Below are positions 15,001 to 25,502 of a stretch of 64,000 nt of DNA, piece by piece (positions within the stretch are counted from its first letter, which is position 1; each line of letters begins with the position of its first letter). Origin of the DNA: Tubulanus polymorphus (lineage: Eukaryota > Animalia > Nemertea); assembly GCF_964204645.1 (NCBI RefSeq), contig NC_134032.1, positions 7,862,275 to 7,926,274 on the forward strand, given 5' to 3'. Below the pieces are notes generated by a model that was given only the letters and a program-made list of their open reading frames with translations, made no database searches and was not told the DNA's origin. A program made the position numbers and the translations under genes.

Positions 15001-18000
15001 CAATTGATTGATTTAACTCTGGAACTCTGAAACTGGGTTCTCTAGTACTCAATATGTTTGACTGTCAATGTTGGAGACTTGGCCATACATTTCAATAAAA
15101 GATAATATGGTATTTTGCAAATTTTGGGGATCGGTTATGTGAATCTCACATTATATTCACCGGCATTTCAATCATGCAAAAAGAGTTTATGATTGCAAAA
15201 CTTCTATACGATAAAAGCTTTGACTGGCTTCAAGTCATGACTGAGGAACTGAACCAAATAGCTTAGTCTTTTTCTGAGCCTCCAATGGCATCACCCAGAT
15301 AACGAAATAGCACGCAATCAATTTTGATCATATGGGAATTATCCATATTGATTTCTTTTCGTGTATTTCATAGCCGTTTATAGAAATTCGTGAAGGTCGC
15401 CACCCGTGCATATCGCGTACTTATTCTGGAGACGACTTTATCCCGAACGACACTGTAGTCGGCTTGAAAGACGTAAGTTGTCCGAGGTCAATGTAGGACA
15501 AATGTTTTTTGGTTGTCGTGTAACTCAAGATTGTTGTTTTCTTTGCGTCTGAAATAGGAGAATCAAGCTGATGAAGAATGCAACACAGATGGTAGCGTCG
15601 TCCTAGTAACCGGTCCAAATATGGGTGGCAAATCAACGTTAATGAGACAAGTTGGTTTGATCGTTGTCTTAGCTCAAATGGTAGGTAACACCTCACTGCT
15701 GGTCAATATAAGACCCTTAGACGTGTTTCAATCGGGCACTACGGATTGTTCTTGTGCATCAGTTTCAACCGGAATACACTTCTATGCCTGGAATGCCATA
15801 ATCGGTAAACCTGATAGTGCAGGCCGGTAAAGAGTTTGATATCATATGGATTTGCTATACTTGCGCAGAAATACTTACAATTTAAACTTGCTTTAGCAGA
15901 ATAGATGGATGGGGCCCGAAATCCCACTGTGACATCATCAACTTACCCTGATACGAATTTCCTTCCTGCTAGTGTTTTCAGGTCACAAGAAAATTATGGG
16001 GGGTTTCTGAATTCTATGTAACAAAAGAGGCAACGCTCTTACCCATCGCCACTTATGATCTACTACGTTTATCAACCGCGTTTATAACATTTGAAAATAT
16101 GTTCTTCGATTCAAACACCATGTGAATTAATGCATTGGAATATGCACGCAATTGTGGAGCGCTTGTGAATACTACGCACTCACTCACAAATATCTGTCAT
16201 ACCTCCCCGCCGTGCGATTTATGATCCATGAGTTTGTTAGTAATCAGTTGATTTATACATCACTTTGATCCGAATGACTTGTACGTTCAGAATCCACGTG
16301 TGATTTCTTCACTCGGCATAAAGCAGCTCCACAAATGCCCTGAAACATAGTTATGACATCATCATCTATCAATTTTCATTGTAAAATCCAAAAAGGTGGT
16401 GCCACATTATAGTCCATGAAAGCCCTTTTCAACATTAAGCCGGCTTATTATAGGCAACAGTCATTGATAGATGATAAAAACTATTCTTAGTATATTTCTG
16501 AATGCTAATGAAATTAATTATTATAATGTTGCATGTGTGACAGATATGTATCGTGTGAAAGATTTTAATGTTACTTTACATACTGCGGCAATCTGACTGA
16601 CTTAGTTTCGATTGTATGGCGTTGATACAATCGAATTTAATTTTTCTGTAGGGTTGTTATGTTCCGGCTGAGAAATGTCGTTTATCGCCAGTTGATCGAG
16701 TGTTCACACGACTCGGAGCCAGCGACCGCATAATGGCCGGTGAAAGTACGTTCTTCGTTGAACTCAGCGAAACATCGGCCATCTTAAAACATGCTACGAA
16801 ACATTCTCTCGTTCTGCTCGACGAATTAGGTAAGAAATACATCCGCTTAAAGCTAGGGACACACGAGCGTATTTTTTCGCCCGATCGCGACAATTGAATT
16901 CGCCAGCGAATTTGCCGACGAATTTATGCGCCCGTTACGAGCGGGCACACGTAGCGATCAAACCGAAATTCGGTCAGCGACCGCCACTTAGTGGGAGAGA
17001 GTTAACAAATCATATAATATCAACAATGCATCCTATTGGTTAATAAAAATGGATCGCTCTGCGGAATTCGCCGAGTGCGGGCAGACGAGCGAATTTGCGG
17101 GCGATCCGATCGCCGACGAAGTCGCCGTTAGTTGCCACATTTGCAAATTTTTCATACAATTCATAAATTTGCCGCCATCGGGTGAAAAAATATGCTTGTG
17201 TACCCCTACCTTAAGACATCACGATGCAGCTATTAGACCCTTTCAGATACTTGTAACAATGATGGGTCCCACGATAAGATTCTAGGACAATTGCCCCCGG
17301 ATAAAACCCTTTTTGATTTGGATTAACACCACCTAAATACTTTACTTAGAAATTCATTTGTATATTATTGAATATAGATTTATAAGATATAGAATTACTG
17401 ATGTTGTGTGCAGATCAAAAACTTTAGATCAGCCCTTGTGTACTTATAAATCACTTACCAAATTAAAGGAAACTTAATAAGTCCGCTTATTAGTGCATTT
17501 GTTAATGTTGGCTAATTTATTGGAATTAGTTTTAGTGTTACTTTAGTCAATCAAAAACTCAAAAGCAGTCCTAGAGTAAATAGCTAGAATTAGTTCACTT
17601 CGTCTTAATTCTTAATTTGAAGTAAATATCTGCTTTACTTTAAGATTATAAAGATTTAATTTGTGGGGCAATTGTCCGGGGGCAGTTGTCTGAGGGGCAA
17701 TTGTCCTGATACCCAACGATAGATGGCTACTGCTATAAATCCTCATATGAGGTCATTTATTTTTGCCTCTTAAGTTCTTTTGAGAAAGGATGGTTGCTTC
17801 CATCTCCCTATGACATCATCAAATAACATGTTTTTGCCCTTTCCAGAAAAGATGACCGCCTCCATGCCTCCATATGTAAATTCTTCTATTCCTGTATTCC
17901 ATTCCAAATTATCATGGCAATATTGTTGCATATTTCAGGGCGTGGTACTGCTACCTACGACGGTACCGCAATTGCTTGCGCTGTTGTTGAGGAATTATCT

Positions 18001-20670
18001 CAACGAGTTTGCTGCAGAACTCTCTTCTCAACACACTATCACTCATTAGTCGAAGAGTTCTCGCATGACCCGAACATCCGACTTGGTCACATGGTATGTA
18101 TGGCCGGTTCTGAGATTCTTTGAAGAGGGTTGACCTGAATTTTTGAATGGGCACTTATATGAAAACCGCGAGAAACAGTGGGGTTTTTGTTGGCCCTCCC
18201 ACAGAAATTTTAGGACAAGAAGCGGTTTTCTGGACCTCAAAGGGGCCCATTTGGGTTCATTTTTTGTCTTTTTGAAATTATTCTCTTTCTTTTTCTTTGC
18301 AAACAGCGTCCTAATTATACCCTTGAGTTTGACTATGGATCTTATTTGACAACATGAAGTAACTCATTTGAAATGAACTGAAAATGCAGTGCTTCATCTA
18401 GCCGAAAATAGAGGGGCGGTCAACTCCGCCCCCGAAAATAGCCACCATTGTGCCCATCAGATGTGTCCCATGCTCGCCCTTGTGCCCTCATCACTTGCCG
18501 TAGGTCCGCTCTCCTGCCCTTGTCAGTCACGAGTTATGCGTCAGGGCTTTCAAAATAAGCCGTCTCATCCGGCTGTTAGTAAGTATCCTACGACGGCTAT
18601 GAACTATATAGTATGATATCAACGATAGTAGCTCATGTGATCAGTGGTTACCGTATATTTAAATGTACTGCAATCAGTGTGCATCGTGTGAAAACGTGCC
18701 TCAGACACGTGGCCTAGTTTGAGTTTCCAGGAATTTGGCTGACTTCCAAACAACTACCAATCATTCTAGCGACTGCCTCTGTAAAGCTGGTAGTGTATAT
18801 TCGATGGATTGTTTAGTTTTGAACACATCATGATGCTCTGGATATTTTTATATAGACTATTAGACAAATTTTATATATACAAGGTGAAGAACTTTTTTCG
18901 GTGAACTCACAGAGAGACTCGCAGAGAAAATTAGTTTGAGTAGCCTAATAGCATTAATGTGTTCTTAAGCTGGCTGCTTACCAATTATCAACAGTTACTT
19001 GCCAATCACTAACACTACAATTTAAATCAATTAATTTGATATTTCTACGATTAAAAATATGCAATTTCATGTAGCCTATAAGCTTACACTATTGCTGGCT
19101 CTTTTTCGCTGTATCATTTGCTTTTTTCTGCTATTTTTTTGTCTGCAACTGGTTTTCCAAATCATTTTGAAAGCCCTATCTATCCAGATTAACTTTTGTT
19201 CATTGACGAGCATAGGTGTAAGGATGTACTGTGGTCAAGTGTGTCACTCATGGCAAAATCAGAGTTAAACATAGTTTCTAGTCCTCAATCGTAGTAGGGG
19301 GTAGGTATGCAATAGGGAACATTGCAGGTTGCACCTAAAACAGACGTGAGTGCGTTATTATGTGCCCTTGCTCCAATGGAATCACGCACAAAAATGCCCT
19401 TATTTGAAATCAGCACCCTGCCCTTTTTAATGCTAGATGAAGCACTGAAATATGAAAAACTTAAGTCCTCGTTGTGTTCATATGCAAAAGTGAGTCTTCG
19501 TACAGCGATCTTAACGGGCATTCTAAAATTTCTGTATGCTGTGGTTTGTTTATAGTCGTGTATGGTTGAAAATGAGGATGACGAAGATCCTGGTCAAGAG
19601 ACGATAACTTTCCTTTACAAATTTGTCAAGGGGGCGTGTCCTAAAAGTTATGGTTTCAATGCTGCCCGACTCGCAAACATACCTGACGAGGTAAGTGTTC
19701 TAATCCCGTGGACTCAGTTCCACCCCGCAGACTTTTGCAGGATTTGTTACGGCCAACAAAAATTGAAAGAAAAAACAAGGCTTATGATTTTTTGAGCAGT
19801 TAACTTTCAAAGAGGCCTTGGAAATGAAAAGAGGGGTAAAACGAATGATTCATCAAAAGGCTCATTCCGAATGTCTAATATCCATAATGAAGGCATTTTC
19901 CAAAATTTTGAAAAATGATAGATATCTTGTTATTACAGGTGATAGAGGTTGCACGAACAAAAGCAAAGGAATTTGAAGAATCATTGGACAGATTGAAAAT
20001 ATTCAGGTTAGTTGTGATTGATATTTTTGTTTTTCTGCATGGGCCAGAGACTACTTTACAAGTTGAGGTTAAATAATCCAAGTAAAGATGACTTTAATTT
20101 CAAGACTACAATGCTATGTGCGCAGACGCTGCCCTCTTAGGTAGCATTGGACATTAGTATGTTACACAAGGCGAGAATCGGGTAACCCCATAGCTTTGGG
20201 ACTTAATACATCACGACTGTGCTGAGAATCCCATGTTGGTTGGACATGTTAATATTTCGATGAATCATTGATATTTTTGCCAAAAAGGATGAGACTTGAG
20301 CATTTTTCCAAGTCAGTACTGGTGTTAGGGGATTTCTATTCTAGGAGACAAGTACTGTAGAATTCACTTGATTCAGACGACTGGGGACTGCCCAGATTCT
20401 TTCGAATTAAGTAAAATTGGAATTATGAGTAATAGTTCACGTGGTTATGGGCTAAACGGATTAAATATTTCATCCAAATTAAGTGAAAATCCAGATGGAA
20501 AAATCCGAATTATGCGAATCATACTGTACTAAGTATCCTTTGCTGTAGATTAAAACAAATGTGATTATTGTCGTTGTAGAATGTTGAATGTGACAGATGT
20601 TCCACGCTCAAAACTAACCTGTCTCCAAAAACAGATCCACAGTCTTAAAACAACCGATCCCGTTAGCTAG
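1796..20670 (+). CDS. MSH6: DNA mismatch repair protein MSH6; 26 coding exons visible, 5' end upstream of the window
   Basis: Phase-consistent GT-AG chain: 1796-1845, 1947-2052, 2297-2421, 2502-2741, 3360-3439, 3539-3626, 3831-3890, 3991-4065, 5545-5680, 8430-8569, 9834-9908, 10028-10099, 10464-10750, 11363-11616, 12031-12193, 12573-12849, 13536-13691, 13997-14226, 14751-14883, 15374-15472, 15558-15680, 16652-16829, 17939-18093, 19556-19690, 19939-20006, 20580-20670(TAG). Motifs: [86 protein letters not shown]. Confidence 0.97.
1947..2052 (+). CDS. MSH6: MSH6 exon (basic NLS-like PPKKRRRI)
   Basis: ttctag|GTT...TCAG|gtaa. Confidence 0.8.
2297..2421 (+). CDS. MSH6: MSH6 exon
   Basis: DEFKPD...SSGVDE...ETPVKE; canonical splice sites. 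Confidence 0.85.
2502..2741 (+). CDS. MSH6: MSH6 exon
   Basis: KKRKRE...[13 protein letters not shown]|gt; acceptor could alternatively be 2505. Confidence 0.8.
3360..3439 (+). CDS. MSH6: MSH6 exon
   Basis: [14 protein letters not shown]; ag|...|gtaag. Confidence 0.88.
3539..3626 (+). CDS. MSH6: MSH6 exon
   Basis: [20 protein letters not shown]...LTP|gtgag. Confidence 0.92.
3831..3890 (+). CDS. MSH6: MSH6 exon (MutS domain I)
   Basis: [20 protein letters not shown]. Confidence 0.93.
3991..4065 (+). CDS. MSH6: MSH6 exon (Phe-X-Glu mismatch-binding motif)
   Basis: [25 protein letters not shown]. Confidence 0.95.
5545..5680 (+). CDS. MSH6: MSH6 exon
   Basis: [11 protein letters not shown]...[13 protein letters not shown]. 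Confidence 0.95.
6030..6083. repeat. (TA)n microsatellite
   Basis: Direct observation. Confidence 0.95.
6918..7456. mobile_element. piggyBac-like MITE
   Basis: TTAA|CCCTTTAACTGGCAA...TTGCCAGTTAAAGGG|TTAA: 15-bp TIR, CCC/GGG ends, TTAA TSD. Confidence 0.85.
7617..8250 (+). mobile_element. Complete HINE/DINE-1-type element (same family as 1-762)
   Basis: T-run, sub-TIR GCCCACTT...AAGTGGGC, 5' inverted repeat (AGCCC/GGGCT), (GTCC)n microsatellite, ~3.5 x 154-bp core, 3' stem GTCC/GGAC, ends in TT. Confidence 0.8.
8430..8569 (+). CDS. MSH6: MSH6 exon
   Basis: [20 protein letters not shown]...LLAIAEK. Confidence 0.93.
8790..9647 (+). mobile_element. Internally deleted hAT-like DNA transposon with 6-bp TSD
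   Basis: TIR CAGAGATGCTAG/CTAGCATCTCTG; TSD CATCAA (8784-8789, 9648-9653); ORF 9209-9514 with BED/TTF-like zinc finger (FNWHW...YCVVC...DILRH..S.RH). Confidence 0.75.
9834..9908 (+). CDS. MSH6: MSH6 exon (connector domain)
   Basis: [14 protein letters not shown]. Confidence 0.92.
10028..10099 (+). CDS. MSH6: MSH6 exon
   Basis: [24 protein letters not shown]. Confidence 0.93.
10464..10750 (+). CDS. MSH6: MSH6 exon
   Basis: VLYEKG...EFWDAPRTL...[12 protein letters not shown]. Confidence 0.93.
11363..11616 (+). CDS. MSH6: MSH6 exon
   Basis: [14 protein letters not shown]...[15 protein letters not shown]. Confidence 0.94.
12031..12193 (+). CDS. MSH6: MSH6 exon
   Basis: [12 protein letters not shown]...[10 protein letters not shown]. 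Confidence 0.95.
12573..12849 (+). CDS. MSH6: MSH6 exon
   Basis: IHSMGS...[22 protein letters not shown]. Confidence 0.94.
13270..13455 (+). mobile_element. SINE remnant (conserved central domain and 3' tail)
   Basis: ctctcttcacccaggagtaaataggtacc and aaagcgc...aaagggcgctata segments resembling widespread invertebrate SINE cores and tails. Confidence 0.45.
13536..13691 (+). CDS. MSH6: MSH6 exon
   Basis: [26 protein letters not shown]. Confidence 0.93.
13997..14226 (+). CDS. MSH6: MSH6 exon (clamp)
   Basis: [14 protein letters not shown]...KGFKRY...[11 protein letters not shown]. Confidence 0.94.
14751..14883 (+). CDS. MSH6: MSH6 exon
   Basis: [21 protein letters not shown]...RPEI. Confidence 0.93.
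15374..15472 (+). CDS. MSH6: MSH6 exon
   Basis: [11 protein letters not shown]...DFIPNDT. Confidence 0.93.
15558..15680 (+). CDS. MSH6: MSH6 exon (Walker A)
   Basis: [26 protein letters not shown]. Confidence 0.95.
16652..16829 (+). CDS. MSH6: MSH6 exon (Walker B)
   Basis: GCYVPAE...[11 protein letters not shown]...SLVLLDELG. Confidence 0.96.
16851..17210. mobile_element. TTAA-flanked MITE (Kolobok-like)
   Basis: TTAA at 16847-16850 and 17211-17214; imperfect ~45-bp TIRs agctagggacacacgagcgtatttttt / aaaaaatatgcttgtgtacccctacc. Confidence 0.65.
17939..18093 (+). CDS. MSH6: MSH6 exon
   Basis: [12 protein letters not shown]...[11 protein letters not shown]...LGHM. Confidence 0.96.
18387..19447. 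mobile_element. hAT-like non-autonomous element
   Basis: Perfect 16-bp TIR CAGTGCTTCATCTAGC/GCTAGATGAAGCACTG; TSD degenerate. Confidence 0.65.
19556..19690 (+). CDS. MSH6: MSH6 exon
   Basis: CMVENE...TITFLYK...[18 protein letters not shown]. Confidence 0.95.
19939..20006 (+). CDS. MSH6: MSH6 exon
   Basis: [23 protein letters not shown]. Confidence 0.88.
20580..20670 (+). CDS. MSH6: MSH6 terminal exon
   Basis: ttgtag|A ATG...TAG; phase-2 match to previous exon; AATAAA at 20817-20822. Confidence 0.75.
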
Positions 20671-21721
20671 ATATCTGCTGCCGCGGCGATTCCCTTTACG
20701 ACTTTTCCTACCGAATTGCGAGACTTAAGCAATGTAATAATTGCGTTGAAAAGAAAATACTTGCTCGAATTTGTTTTATAAGTTCTGGGAAAAAACTTTG
20801 TAGATATCTTTTTCTAAATAAATTTCTGTAAAACGAACACAGGATATTTCATACTATTTTGCTTCCATCAATCCTCCTTTGACATCATCGAGTTATCTGA
20901 TAAGACACTCCTTCCAGAGAAGAAGGTTGCTGCCATCATTAATGACATCAGCCGATTACCCCAAACCCTTCCGGAAAGATGGCTGGCTTCATAAATACCC
21001 CTAGGGGTATGAATTCATTGAAGCAGCACCACGCAGATACCGGTACTTCATGTTGCCAGAACCCGCATTGATTTGGGACCGACAAAATTTTAATTTTGCG
21101 AATTAAATTCTTTTCAGTAGACTTCGCTCAAGTCGGACCTTATGGCAGTTGATTTATCACTTGGGTGCTATTCTTTCTAGGATAATAGTGTCCCAAAAAT
21201 ATCCCGAGTAGTTAATAGGTTATCTGTGTTAATGGGTTCTAACTGAACGGAGTCTAATGTATCTTGCATTAATGGACTTAATCAACCCCGATCCTCCCAT
21301 GCATTTACCGCCGGCCCTTCCTACCGGCAGGTTTTCTCAATGTACATCTCTATACAAATAGATAGTAAAACACCCCCGATATACTGCCATACTCTGTACC
21401 GCCAAAATCATTCTGCACCGATGTGGGCGGTATATCGGGGGCTGACTATAGGTGGACCTTAAATGAGTTTTATTTTTGTAGAGAATAAAATGTTTTGTGA
21501 GATCACGCGGAGTCACGTGTTACTTATCAGTTGTCAGTTACTCCTTGCCTCCGCCCCTCCTGACAACGTGGCTAAGCATTCCTTCGGAGAAACACGAGTA
21601 GGATACTTCGTTATTTTCACTGACTTCAATTCAATATTTTCACTGACTGCGTTTTACTGAATTCATTTCGTTCACTTATATTTCAATCATTCAAGGTTAG
21701 TGCTTAAATTTGAAGTCGATT

Positions 21722-23626
21722 ATGCCGATTGACGTGCTTATTATGGGTCACTCCTTTGTGCATCGTCTCAGGACTTTCGAGCAGGAGCGCTTTTCCAATC
21801 TAGGCCTAGACCCAGACGTGGTAAAATTGCATTTTTTAGGTTTTGGAGGCGCTACAGTTTTACCGGGTGTAAAATCTATCCAACGGTGCCTGCCGAGTTT
21901 TGGTTCAAAATTTGACGTAGTATTCCTCCACTTAGGCGGAAACGATTTAGCCCGTTCAGACCCAAAAAGCTTGGCCTTTTCTTTGGTTGCATTGAGCAAT
22001 TTTCTGTGCAGCACGTACAGCGTGACACACTTATTAATTGGTCAGTCTCTGTTAGTATCATGCTTGATTTAAAAAAAGCATTTGACACTATTGATCATTC
22101 TATATTATTAGACAAGTTGTATAGTTACGGAATTCGAGGGGTTGCTCATTCATGGTTCAAATCCTACCTCACTAACCGCTTACAGCAAGTGTCGTTCAAG
22201 AACTATTTATCTGATGTCAGTCCCATTCCTATAGGGGTACCTCAGGGTTCCATCTTAGGGCCCTTGCTATTCATTTTGTTTGTTAATGACATCGTTTATT
22301 CTTGTAATTTAAACTTTTTACTATTTGCTGACGATACGACTGCCATTAACTCTCATTCCGATCTGAATATACTGCAATCAAATACTAATGTTGAGCTCAC
22401 TAAACTGTTTAACTGGCTAAACTCCAATAGGCTATCTGCTAATCTGTTGAAAACGAATCATATGCTTTTCCATAAAAAGATCAATATTCTTGATGATATC
22501 GACCTTGTAATGGGTAATGTTTCAATTGCTAGAAACAGAGAAACAAAATTCCTTGGTGTAATAATTGATGACAGCCTAACATGGAACTCCCACATAAACA
22601 AGCTGTGCTCTATTGTTAGCAGAAATATTGGTGTATTAAGAAAAGCACGACGTATTTTTCCTAGATCCGCGCTCATCAAGTTATTCAACGGTTTCATCCT
22701 TCCGTATCTACAGTACTGTAATATCGTCTGGGCATCTAATTATGTAACTAGGTTACGACCCCTTATTTTGCTTCAAAAACGCGCTATTCGCATTGCTAGT
22801 GGGGTAAATTTTTTAGAACACACTACTCCACTGTTCAAAAAGTCGTATCAACTCAAACTTCAAGACATCAATGTGTTCCAAAATTCTGTACTGATGTATA
22901 AATCTGTCCATGTGTTGCTGCCTGTCAAATTGTCCAATAGTTTAATTCGTATTTCTGATCTTCATTCCCACAACACCCGTAACTCTAATCAATTTCGTTT
23001 ACCTTATTACAGAACCAATATCAGGATGTTTTCTCCTAACATTAATTGTATTAGAGTCTGGAATTCTCTTCCAACTGAACTTCAGCAAGCATCCAACATA
23101 GATATATTCAAGCGGAATTTGAAAAGACATATAATAGGATTGTATTAATACTTATCATACTTGTGTTTAACATCATGTCCATCCATTCCGCCAGGGCATT
23201 AGGCTTTTTTTCATTAAAAGTATACCCCCCTTTGGGGTCCCTTTTTGTCCTTTTTCTTTACTACGCTTTACAGTGTAGAAGTACTTTCTGTAACTTTTCT
23301 TTCATGTAATAGTGATGACTGTATTTCTGTATTGTATCTCTTTAGTGAAGAAATAAACTTATTATTATTATATTATATTATTATAGTCGCTCAGGCGTCT
23401 GTCCCCTCCGACAAATTTCAATTCTAAGCTAATAGTATTCAACGAAACCGTGAAACGTTTAGTGTGTGAATCCTTAAATATAACTTTTTGGCAACACAGA
23501 GGTTTTTGGGCTGATATCCGGCCATTTCTTCTGAGAGATGGTGTACGTTTAAATGCAAAAGGCATGAAAAAATATGCTTTTAGTGTGAAGGCAGCTATTG
23601 GCCACGCCACTAAGAAATATTTCTAA
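21722..23626 (+). pseudogene. SGNH/GDSL hydrolase ORF of the Ngaro element, split by a LINE (halves 21722-22050 and ~23387-23626)
   Basis: Blocks MGHSFV, GFGGAT, LGGNDL before the insertion; FWQH...LRDGVRLN..GMKKY after it. Confidence 0.8.
22051..23384 (+). mobile_element. 5'-truncated LINE (CR1/L2-group-like RT ORF2)
   Basis: LDLKKAFDTIDH, GVPQGSILGPLLF, LFADD, KFLGV, W.SHI; open to stop at 23148; AATAAA plus (TTA/TAT)n tail; near-TSD agtctct / agtcgct. Confidence 0.9.
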
Positions 23627-23749
23627 TAGCTTGGTTTGAAGCAAGATACATCGTCTATTTGTCATCAATAAGTTATATGTGTTTCAATTTGATTATGAAT
23701 TTTACATATTCTTTTTACATATCTGACATGCATTTATGCAATTTTTAGT

Positions 23750-24235
23750 TACATGTGTTTTGGGGTTTTTACTTAAACGTACTCCCTGTTCTCAGGGGGT
23801 GGCATGTACTTTACCTATACATGTGTTTTGGGGTTTTTACTTCAACGTACTCCCTGTTCTCAGGGGGTGGCATGTACTTTACCTATACATGTGTTTTGGG
23901 GTTTTTACTTCAACGTACTCCCTGCTCTCAGGGGGTGGCATGTACTTTACCTATACATGTGTTTTGGGGGTTTTTACCTCAACGTACCCCCTGTTTTCAG
24001 GGGGTGGCATGTACTTTACCTATACATGTGTTTTGGGGTTTTTACCTCAACGTACCCCCTGTTTTCAGGGGGTGGCATGTAATTTACCTATACATGTGTT
24101 CTGGGGTTTTTTACCTCAACGTCCCCCTGTTCTCAGGAGGTGGCATGTATTCTATCGTTACATGTGTTTTGTGGCCCTCGCCGCAACCTACCCCTATTCT
24201 TTTCGGGGGTGGCATGTATTCTATAGATACATACT
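23750..24235. repeat. ~68-bp minisatellite, ~7 copies, inside Ngaro element
   Basis: Unit tacatgtgttttggggtttttacttcaacgtactccctgttctcagggggtggcatgtactttaccta. Confidence 0.92.
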
Positions 24236-24241
24236 TTAAAT

Positions 24242-24243
<2 letters not shown>

Positions 24244-24317
<74 letters not shown>
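24244..24317. repeat. (TA)n microsatellite
   Basis: Direct observation. Confidence 0.95.
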
Positions 24318-24319
<2 letters not shown>

Positions 24320-24492
24320 CATCTTTGTAACGTGTTTTTCTCTCAAAGGACGTTATGTTGTAAAAAACCCTTTGTTTGATAATTCATCGGAATCTTGCGG
24401 TTGTTTTTCATACTATTTCCATGATATACGCATTCGGCCAAGATGCTGTTCAATTTTCTGCTGGTTTTTTTTTCTATTTGCTAATTTTTTGG

Positions 24493-25502
24493 ATGCCGAG
24501 AGCCACGAGAGCTAAGCGTGCAGTCACCAGTAGACAAAAACGCCCTCGTTCGTCTGCGCTTACTGAAGCGGTTGCCACCCCCGTCAATGCCAGGGACCAA
24601 CCAACTAACCAAACCAACAACCAACAACCAACCAACAGCCAAACAACCAACAACCAGATGCGAATGCCGTCGCGGATATAGTCATTCAAAGACTCATCGA
24701 TAGTCATCTGCTACCAACACGCGACGCCACACAGAACTGCTTCCCGACTCCTGTAGTGAATTCTTCCAATCCTGGTGACGTCACACGGAACTTCTTTTCG
24801 ACACCTGTGGAGAATCCTCCCATTCCTGGTGAGCAACTTATCAGCGAGTTACTTACGTCCTCGCTTCCTTTGGACTTAGCAGTGTCGGAAAAAATAAAGT
24901 CCGATATTTGGGCAGATAGATATATTGATTTGTCGGCTCTTTTGATCGGTACTAAATCTGCCGAAGTTGACACACTTCGTGCTACCCTTTCTGAGAAAGG
25001 AGACTTAACATTGTGTAAACCTAGACGCAAACAGTTGTCATCCATTTACGAATGGAACAAAACATTCGATATCTTCATGTCTGTCTACGTGCAAAGACAT
25101 TCCGATGTTCAGGTTTTCCGTCAGCTGTTGAAATATGCTAGCACTATCCGTCAATTTGCTAACGATTTTGGTTTTCCCGCCGCAAAGAGCTACGATGAGC
25201 AATTCCGCCGATTCAGAGCGGTTTCTCCATCTCTGGCGTGGTCAAAAGTTCACGATGAACTCTGGCTACGGTGTAGTACTATAAGATCGGTAGATCAAAA
25301 GAAGCCCTTTCTTGCGAAGCCCCACCGACAGACAAAGCGTTTTCCGGTCGGTTTCTGCTGGAAATTCTGCCAGACTGGAACCTGCCAGTATAAGCTCTGT
25401 AGAAGAAAGCATGAATGCCCCCATTGCGGTAAAAAACATGCAGCCGACTCATGCACTGCCCAAAATTATTCCGACACCAATAAAACCACACAACTTAGAT
25501 AA
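24493..25502 (+). pseudogene. Ngaro gag-like ORF1, frameshifted within a (CAAC/CAA)n tract (~24596-24656)
   Basis: MPRATRAKR start; IKSDIWADRYIDLSALL, EWNKTFDIF, YDEQFR; C-terminal CWKFC...C..C...H.CPHCGKKH....C zinc knuckles. Confidence 0.8.

Noticed and set aside
22006-23148. 380-aa RT as a second RT of the Ngaro element or an SGNH-RT fusion
   Set aside because: It is a 5'-truncated LINE with its own tail and near-TSD, and is out of frame with the hydrolase.
23736-24243. Three overlapping repetitive ORFs
   Set aside because: Artefacts of the 68-bp minisatellite.
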